Source: Desulfonatronovibrionaceae bacterium (lineage in GTDB: Bacteria; Desulfobacterota; Desulfovibrionia; Desulfovibrionales; Desulfonatronovibrionaceae). From it: 64,000 nucleotides of DNA. Positions 57,923 through 64,000 of this stretch are shown piece after piece. Below the pieces are notes generated by a model, which saw nothing but the letters and a program-made list of their open reading frames with translations, searched no databases and was not told where the DNA came from. Made by a program: the position numbers and the translations under genes. Location: NCBI GenBank assembly GCA_046539845.1, contig JBKHGE010000003.1, forward strand, positions 1 through 64,000, written 5' to 3'. How positions within the stretch are numbered: position 1 is the stretch's first letter; every line of letters begins with the position of its first letter.

Positions 57923-60181
57923 TCATTCCGGCTGCTTATCCTTCCCTCCGGGAGGAAGCTTCTTGTTCCCGGGGCTGGATTCCCTGGATTCAATCTTTTT
58001 TCTCTCCACCGGGTAGTCAATGCGCTGGTGAAAGATCCCGGTTAATATCTTCAGAAACACCTCCCCCAGGACATAGAGTTCGCGAAGGGTAAGCTCGGAT
58101 TCGTCCAGCTCCCCCTCGGTGTATACTCTGCGGATGGTATTTTGGATATGTCCCTTGAGACGGCTCGGAGTGGGTTCGACCAGGGTCCGGCTGGAGGCCT
58201 CGATGACATCCGCTAAAAGCAGCAATCCGGCCTCCTTGGTCTGCGGCTTGGGCCCCGGATACCGGAATTCCTCTTCCCGGATCTTTTTATCGGCTTTGTT
58301 TCCAGCCCGCTCCACGGCCTTGTTGTAGAACCAGGCTATAAGACTGGTCCCATGGTGCTGCTGAATCAGATCAATTATCTCCTCGCCCAGGCTGTTATCC
58401 CTGGCCATTTCCACGCCTTTTTTGACATGGGAAATAAGGATGAGTGCACTCATGGACGGGGCCAGCTTGTCATGCCTGTTTTTCCCGCCGTACTGGTTCT
58501 CTATGAAATATTCCGGGTTTTTGAGCTTACCAATATCGTGATACAGGGCGGCCACCTTGGCCAGCAAAGAATCCGCGCCTATCTTTCTCGCGCCTGCCTC
58601 CACCAGATTGGAGACCACCAGACTGTGATGGTAGGTCCCCGGCGCCTCGATCATAAGCCTTTGAAGCAGGGGCTGCTCCAGGTTCATCATGTCCATGAGC
58701 CGGAAGATCGAGGTATAGCCCAGGGCATACTCCACCATAGGACTGAAGGCCAAGACTATGACCAGGGAGAAAAAGGCGCCGGCCAAGACAAACACTGTGC
58801 CGCTTCCCAGATACATCCAGGACTCCCAGGCAGCCAGATTCACACCCGTCCAGATGACAATAAGCAGCCCGGCCAGGGGGAACAGACTCTTTAATACCTG
58901 CAGCCTTGTGCTCGCCCGACTGAGGAGAAAAATATACAGAAACGACCCGGCCAGAAAGTACAAAAAGACGGTTATCCCCTCATCCAGAAGGATAGTACAG
59001 ACCAGAGAAAGAAACACTGCTGCCAGTACGCATATCCGCTGACGCAGGAACAGGCACAAAAGCCCGGCCCCGCCCATGACCGGCAGGGAGTAGGCAAAAA
59101 AACCCGGATTAACCGTGGACAAAGAAGAGGTCAGGGGATCGGCGGCAAGGCCCAAAAACTTGGCGCAGCAGCCGAGGACCAGGGTGACCATGGCAATAAA
59201 GGAAATATCCCGCTCCCGCAGCCTGACCTTGCTGGTCCAGTTGGGGCAAACCGCGAAAAACACCCCGGCTGCGGCTCCCAGCATCAAAAAAAGCCCCAAA
59301 GATCTCCCCGGGCTGAAATATTTCGGCTTGTACCGGAAAAGGGCCTGGAGTTTCTTCTGCTGATCCGGGGTAACCCTCTCCCCCTTGCGGACCACGATCT
59401 CGCCCTTGGCCACACGGTGATAGACCGGGTCCACCTGGTTCAGGACCTGATCCAGCCTTTGCTCGGTGCTCTCCTGATTCAGGGTCAGATTGGGACGCAG
59501 TAGCGGGACTATGAGCTCCTCAACCGCGTTTCTGGAGCGCAGGCGCAGATTGATTCCGCGGCGCAGAAATTCGGAAAAATCGCGCTCCAGGGACTGGACA
59601 TCACCAATCCTGCGTATATCCATCTCCAGGGTCTCCATCCCTCCGTGCAACCTGCGGATAAGGATCCCGGACTTGTACTGGCTTAAAAAATCGCCATCCG
59701 CAACTATGCCCTGTTCATAGCGGTCTTTGATCCAGGGCTTTATCTTCTCCCGGTATATCTTTCTCAATTCCGGATTCTTCCAGGCCTTCAGGGCCGAAGA
59801 AGATAGGTCGATATCCGTCTCATCCAGGGTGGCGCTAAATTTCTCCGGCCGGGAAGGATCGACCTCGTCCACGGTCTGCAGGACCTGATCCACCTTCTTT
59901 TGCAGATGGCTCAAAGGCTCCAGGCTCAGATCGAACACAGGGGGCTGGCTCTTGGCCACCTGCTCCCTCCTGGCCTTGGTGGATTCCTCGTCCTCAATCA
60001 GAAGGGCCTGAGTGGCGGTGACATCCCGATCCGCCACCTCCCCGGCCAAAAAAACGGTAATCCGTGGCTGGAAATTTATCCCGTATAGAACGGACAAAAC
60101 CAAAAGGGCCAAAAATAAAAGGCCCTTGCCCCGGTGCTGGCGTGGGATATTAGTCTGTGCGTCCTTTTTCGAACCTGTCAT
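57923..60181 (-). CDS. 7TM-HD phosphohydrolase (PgpH-like)
   Basis: Extracytoplasmic domain, TM bundle, APGTYHHS, HDIGK and QHHGT motifs. Confidence 0.9.
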   Translation of the reverse strand: MTGSKKDAQTNIPRQHRGKGLLFLALLVLSVLYGINFQPRITVFLAGEVADRDVTATQALLIEDEESTKARREQVAKSQPPVFDLSLEPLSHLQKKVDQVLQTVDEVDPSRPEKFSATLDETDIDLSSSALKAWKNPELRKIYREKIKPWIKDRYEQGIVADGDFLSQYKSGILIRRLHGGMETLEMDIRRIGDVQSLERDFSEFLRRGINLRLRSRNAVEELIVPLLRPNLTLNQESTEQRLDQVLNQVDPVYHRVAKGEIVVRKGERVTPDQQKKLQALFRYKPKYFSPGRSLGLFLMLGAAAGVFFAVCPNWTSKVRLRERDISFIAMVTLVLGCCAKFLGLAADPLTSSLSTVNPGFFAYSLPVMGGAGLLCLFLRQRICVLAAVFLSLVCTILLDEGITVFLYFLAGSFLYIFLLSRASTRLQVLKSLFPLAGLLIVIWTGVNLAAWESWMYLGSGTVFVLAGAFFSLVIVLAFSPMVEYALGYTSIFRLMDMMNLEQPLLQRLMIEAPGTYHHSLVVSNLVEAGARKIGADSLLAKVAALYHDIGKLKNPEYFIENQYGGKNRHDKLAPSMSALILISHVKKGVEMARDNSLGEEIIDLIQQHHGTSLIAWFYNKAVERAGNKADKKIREEEFRYPGPKPQTKEAGLLLLADVIEASSRTLVEPTPSRLKGHIQNTIRRVYTEGELDESELTLRELYVLGEVFLKILTGIFHQRIDYPVERKKIESRESSPGNKKLPPGGKDKQPE

Positions 60182-61130
60182 AGGCCTTGATAATCCGCGC
60201 CACTAGATCGTGGCGGATGACGTCCCGGTCGTCGAAGCGGACAATATCCACCCCCTGGACATTTTTCAAGATTTCCGCACCTTGAACAAGACCGGAATTG
60301 GCGCCTCCCGGGAGGTCGATCTGGGTAACATCGCCAGTGACCACGGCCCGGGACCCAAAGCCCATCCGGGTCAAAAACATCTTCATCTGCTCCGGAGTGG
60401 TGTTCTGAGCCTCGTCCAGAATGATAAAGGCGTCGTTCAGCGTCCGGCCGCGCATAAAGGCCAGAGGGGCAACCTCGATTATCCCGGACTCTATAAGCTC
60501 CTGCACCTTTCTTAAGTCCAGCATATCGTGCAGGGCATCATACAAAGGCCGCAGATAGGGATTTACCTTTTCCATGAGGTCCCCGGGGAGGAAGCCGAGC
60601 CTTTCCCCCGCCTCCACGGCCGGCCGGGTCAGGACTATCCTGGAAACAGACCTCTGCATCAAGGCGGCCACAGCCAAAGAGACCGCCAAATAGGTCTTCC
60701 CGGTTCCGGCCGGACCGATCCCAAAAACCAGGTCATGGTTTCTGATGGACTCCAGATAATCCCTTTGACTGAGTGTCTTGGGGACAACCGTACGCCTGGG
60801 AGTGGTCACGCAGGAGTCTTTACGGAACATTTTTTTCAGCGATGCACTCGGATCGCGGGACAAAATCCGGATGCCGGCCTCTATATCCCTTGAATCCAGC
60901 CGGAATCCGCCTTTGAGGAGTTCTGAGAACTGGACCAGGAGGTTTTTGACCATGTCCAGGTCCGAAGGATCAGAGGAGGAGATGTAAATCGCGTTCCCGC
61001 GGGTCTCACACTCCACTCCGGCCGCCCGGGCGATAAGCCTCAGATTTTCCCCCTGCGGCCCGCACAAATCCTGAAGCAAGGAACTATCCTCAAAAGCCAG
61101 TTCTCTGGAAATTTTCTGGGTGTTTTCCAT
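60150..61130 (-). CDS. phoH: PhoH family protein
   Basis: GPAGTGKT, RPAVEAGE, RGRTL and DEAQN motifs. Confidence 0.93.
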   Translation of the reverse strand: MENTQKISRELAFEDSSLLQDLCGPQGENLRLIARAAGVECETRGNAIYISSSDPSDLDMVKNLLVQFSELLKGGFRLDSRDIEAGIRILSRDPSASLKKMFRKDSCVTTPRRTVVPKTLSQRDYLESIRNHDLVFGIGPAGTGKTYLAVSLAVAALMQRSVSRIVLTRPAVEAGERLGFLPGDLMEKVNPYLRPLYDALHDMLDLRKVQELIESGIIEVAPLAFMRGRTLNDAFIILDEAQNTTPEQMKMFLTRMGFGSRAVVTGDVTQIDLPGGANSGLVQGAEILKNVQGVDIVRFDDRDVIRHDLVARIIKAYDRFEKGRTD

Positions 61131-61370
61131 ATACTCAAAAGCGGGCGGCCTCTGGCGGCCGGCCCGCAAATTCCTCCTGGAAAAATTTTGTTATTTTGGT
61201 TAAGTCCGGGTTGCTCTGTGTGCAATACCGGTAACAGGGGGGCAAAGGCAACCCTGATTTTGGGACGGATTCGCTTCCGGACCCGTAGACGGCCAATTGG
61301 CCGATATCCAGCAGACCTGCCCGTTGAACGGGAGGAGTCGTCAACTTCCAATCCATTAGGAATGCATCCG

Positions 61371-61643
61371 ATGGACATAAAACTTTTGGGGACCACATTT
61401 CTGACCCTTTTTCTGGCTGAACTCGGGGACAAGACCCAGCTGGCCTGCATACTGCTTACAGCCAAAACCCAAAAGCCGGCCACTGTGTTTATCGGGGCTT
61501 CTCTGGCCCTGGTCCTGGTCACTCTGCTGGGGGTGACTTTCGCCAATATCATCTGCAATTACATCCCCGGAGAAACGATTCGGAAAATAGGGGCCGCAGC
61601 CTTCATTCTTTTGGGCATCCTCATGTTCGCGGACAAGATATGA
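61371..61643 (+). CDS. UPF0016 (TMEM165/GDT1) single-domain Mn/Ca transporter
   Basis: AELGDKTQL motif and three TM segments. Confidence 0.85.
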   Translation: MDIKLLGTTFLTLFLAELGDKTQLACILLTAKTQKPATVFIGASLALVLVTLLGVTFANIICNYIPGETIRKIGAAAFILLGILMFADKI

Positions 61644-63997
61644 ACCCCGGTCACCAGCGACAAAAAACAACATCTCGGAGAATTGGGACGCAAGGGCATG
61701 CCGGACTAACCGGCCTGCCCACTCTTTTACTCCTTACTCTGGGAGTGGTGTTTTTTTCTTTGCTTTGCCCTCCCTTCCTGGCCGCAGAGGAACCAAGCGA
61801 ACCGTGGCGGCTGGAGGCGGACCGGGTCAAGGGGGACAAATCCGCCCAGATAGTGGAGGCCTTCGACAACGTGCACATCCACCGCGGGGAAGATTATATG
61901 CGGGCAGACTACGCCCGATACTATCCAGAAACGAACTGGGTCTTTCTTAAAGGCGATGTCCGGGCCAAGTGGAACCAAGACTTCATGCAGGGGGAGAAGG
62001 CAGAGTTCGACCTTAAGAACAAAGTCGGCTGGGTAAAGAACGGTCAGATCTTTCTGGACCGGGAGCACATCTATTTCAAGGGCAAAGAACTGAAAAAGAC
62101 CGGGGCAAACACCTATGCATTCCAAGAGGCCACTGTCACCTCCTGCGACGGGGATACCCCGGCCTGGTCGCTTAAGACCTCCAGCGGGAGCCTGACCATA
62201 GATGGCTACGCCGACCTGTGGAACCCCCGCTTCCGGGTCAAAAACGCCCCGGTCATGTACTCCCCTTTTATGTTCATCCCGGTCAAGACCAAGCGGCAAA
62301 GCGGTTTTCTGCGTCCGGAAATAGGAACCAGCGACCGCTTGGGGACAAATATAAACCAGCCTTATTTCCAGGTCATTGACGAGGAAAACGATATAACCCT
62401 TTATGAGAACTTCTACTCCCGGCGAGGGCTCATGCAGGGCCTGGAATTCAGGAGTACCCCGAACTTAAGCGATCAGGCCCTTTTCAGGGCCGACTGGATG
62501 CGGGACAATAAGACCGCAAACACCGAGGAGGACGAGGACTCGCAATTCGACGACGACGGCCTAATCCGGCCAAACGAGAATCGCTTCTGGATCCGGGGCA
62601 AATACGACGCCACTTTCCTCCGAGACTGGCAGGTAAAGCTGGATGTGGACTATGTCTCGGACCAAAACTATCTGCGCGAGTTCGATTCCGGATATTCCGG
62701 CTTCCAGGAAAGCCGGGAGCAATTTATGGAGCACTACGGCCGGGACATAGACGACAACGACGCCCTGACCCGGGAAAACATCCTGAGCGTAAACCGCAAT
62801 TGGGCACACACCGGTCTGGACGCCCGCATCGTATACAAAGACAATCTCAGATACAAAAACAACAACCTGGACGAGAAGTACAACCCCACGGTACAGAGAC
62901 TGCCGGAGATCAACTATAACTTATACCGGACCGGAATCCCCGGCACGCCGCTGGAAATAGAAGCGGATAACCAGGCGGTCTATTTCTGGCGAGAATACGG
63001 GACCCGGGGTTCACGGCTCGATATCCATCCCCGCGTTAGCCTGCCCTGGAATACACCTTTTTTTACTCTCACGCCCAAGGCCGGATGGAGGGAGACTATC
63101 TATTCCATAGACCGGTTTGAAAACGATCCGGAGATACGCAATACAGAGGACAAAATCCAGACCCGGGGGGTCTATGACTTTTCAGTGGACGCCTATTCCC
63201 AGCTCTTTCGGATCTATGACCTGTCTTCCCCACTCAAGCCGGAAACGCACGGTGTAAACGCCTCCAGGTGGACCAAAATAAAGCACGAATTCCAGCCGGA
63301 TATTGAGTATTTTTACCGTCCGGAAAAAGATCAGGAGGAGCTGCCCAAATTCGACTCTTTGGACCGCCTGGCCGCAAAGGACGAACTCACCTATTCCCTG
63401 GACAATGTCTTTACCCGGCGGAAAGACTCCATTGTCCCCTCCTCGGAAGGCAACTCTACCCAGCTCAAAAAGAGTTACCTGGATTTCCTGCGCCTCAATC
63501 TGGAACAGAGCTACGACCTACGCGAGGCCCGCAGGCAAGAGGACCGGGACAAATACCCCCGGCGGCCGTTTTCCGATATTTTGATCGATCTGACCTTAAA
63601 GCCCGAGGATTGGATAAGCTTGGTAAACAGGTCCTGGTACTCCCCGTATCTGAAAGAGATCACCGAACACGAGCATATGCTCCGCCTTTATCAAGACGAC
63701 ATTGGTGCCGTGTGGTTCGGGATGGACTACCGCAGAGAAATAGATGAATACAAGCGGAGCCGGGACGAGGAATTGGAGATAATGAAACTGGGGGCCCGGG
63801 TGGATTTTATTCCCAACTGGAGGCTGACCGGTACTGTGCGCAAGGATATAGCCGAGGATGAATATCTGGAGCGGAGCATGACAATAACTTATCTGCACCA
63901 GTGCTTTTCCGTGGATTTCATCATGGACCGCAAGGACTACGACAACAGATACGAGGTGCGGATAAACTTGCTCAACCTGGGCACTGTCGGGGGCTGA
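61640..63997 (+). CDS. lptD: LPS-assembly protein
   Basis: Signal peptide, OstA-like N-domain, TSC, RQSGFL, SDQNYLREF, QRLPE and HQC motifs. Confidence 0.88.
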   Translation: MNPGHQRQKTTSRRIGTQGHAGLTGLPTLLLLTLGVVFFSLLCPPFLAAEEPSEPWRLEADRVKGDKSAQIVEAFDNVHIHRGEDYMRADYARYYPETNWVFLKGDVRAKWNQDFMQGEKAEFDLKNKVGWVKNGQIFLDREHIYFKGKELKKTGANTYAFQEATVTSCDGDTPAWSLKTSSGSLTIDGYADLWNPRFRVKNAPVMYSPFMFIPVKTKRQSGFLRPEIGTSDRLGTNINQPYFQVIDEENDITLYENFYSRRGLMQGLEFRSTPNLSDQALFRADWMRDNKTANTEEDEDSQFDDDGLIRPNENRFWIRGKYDATFLRDWQVKLDVDYVSDQNYLREFDSGYSGFQESREQFMEHYGRDIDDNDALTRENILSVNRNWAHTGLDARIVYKDNLRYKNNNLDEKYNPTVQRLPEINYNLYRTGIPGTPLEIEADNQAVYFWREYGTRGSRLDIHPRVSLPWNTPFFTLTPKAGWRETIYSIDRFENDPEIRNTEDKIQTRGVYDFSVDAYSQLFRIYDLSSPLKPETHGVNASRWTKIKHEFQPDIEYFYRPEKDQEELPKFDSLDRLAAKDELTYSLDNVFTRRKDSIVPSSEGNSTQLKKSYLDFLRLNLEQSYDLREARRQEDRDKYPRRPFSDILIDLTLKPEDWISLVNRSWYSPYLKEITEHEHMLRLYQDDIGAVWFGMDYRREIDEYKRSRDEELEIMKLGARVDFIPNWRLTGTVRKDIAEDEYLERSMTITYLHQCFSVDFIMDRKDYDNRYEVRINLLNLGTVGG

Positions 63998-64000
63998 TAT

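Noticed and set aside
61200..61370. yybP-ykoY (Mn) riboswitch before UPF0016
   Set aside because: The core GGGGAGUAGC...GAGACC motif is not found.
1..64000. CRISPR array, cas genes, rRNA, prophage
   Set aside because: I saw no regularly spaced repeats and no corresponding genes.

Overview
This is a GC-rich chromosomal segment whose gene content fits a sulfate-reducing Desulfovibrionales-type bacterium (an inference from gene families). From left to right it carries: (1) an N-terminally truncated msrA-msrB, then a minus-strand folC-selA-uxs-aminopeptidase-selB block; (2) malic enzyme, hypAB, an OrpR-type sigma54 activator and a single-direction Orange-protein (orp) cluster with a full sigma54 promoter (two activator sites, IHF site, -24/-12); (3) iorAB, a NifA-like regulator and icd; (4) an accessory region at about 24-36.5 kb. 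There, a type IV pilus minor-pilin/PilY1/DsbC operon and an upstream atypical two-component system are flanked and interrupted by four toxin-antitoxin or defence modules: Phd-VapC, an Rpn remnant plus MntA-HepT inside a perfect 40-bp direct repeat, and AbiEi-AbiEii with an 18-bp inverted-repeat operator; (5) housekeeping genes: FAD/Fe-S oxidoreductase, ruvX, mltG, a dpp/opp ABC transporter, ttuB/ttuA-like genes, leuACDB, pssA-psd, phoH-pgpH-ybeY, UPF0016 and lptD. I could see no rRNA, intact tRNA, CRISPR array, integrase or reverse transcriptase. All calls come from motif recognition by eye; no database searches were run.
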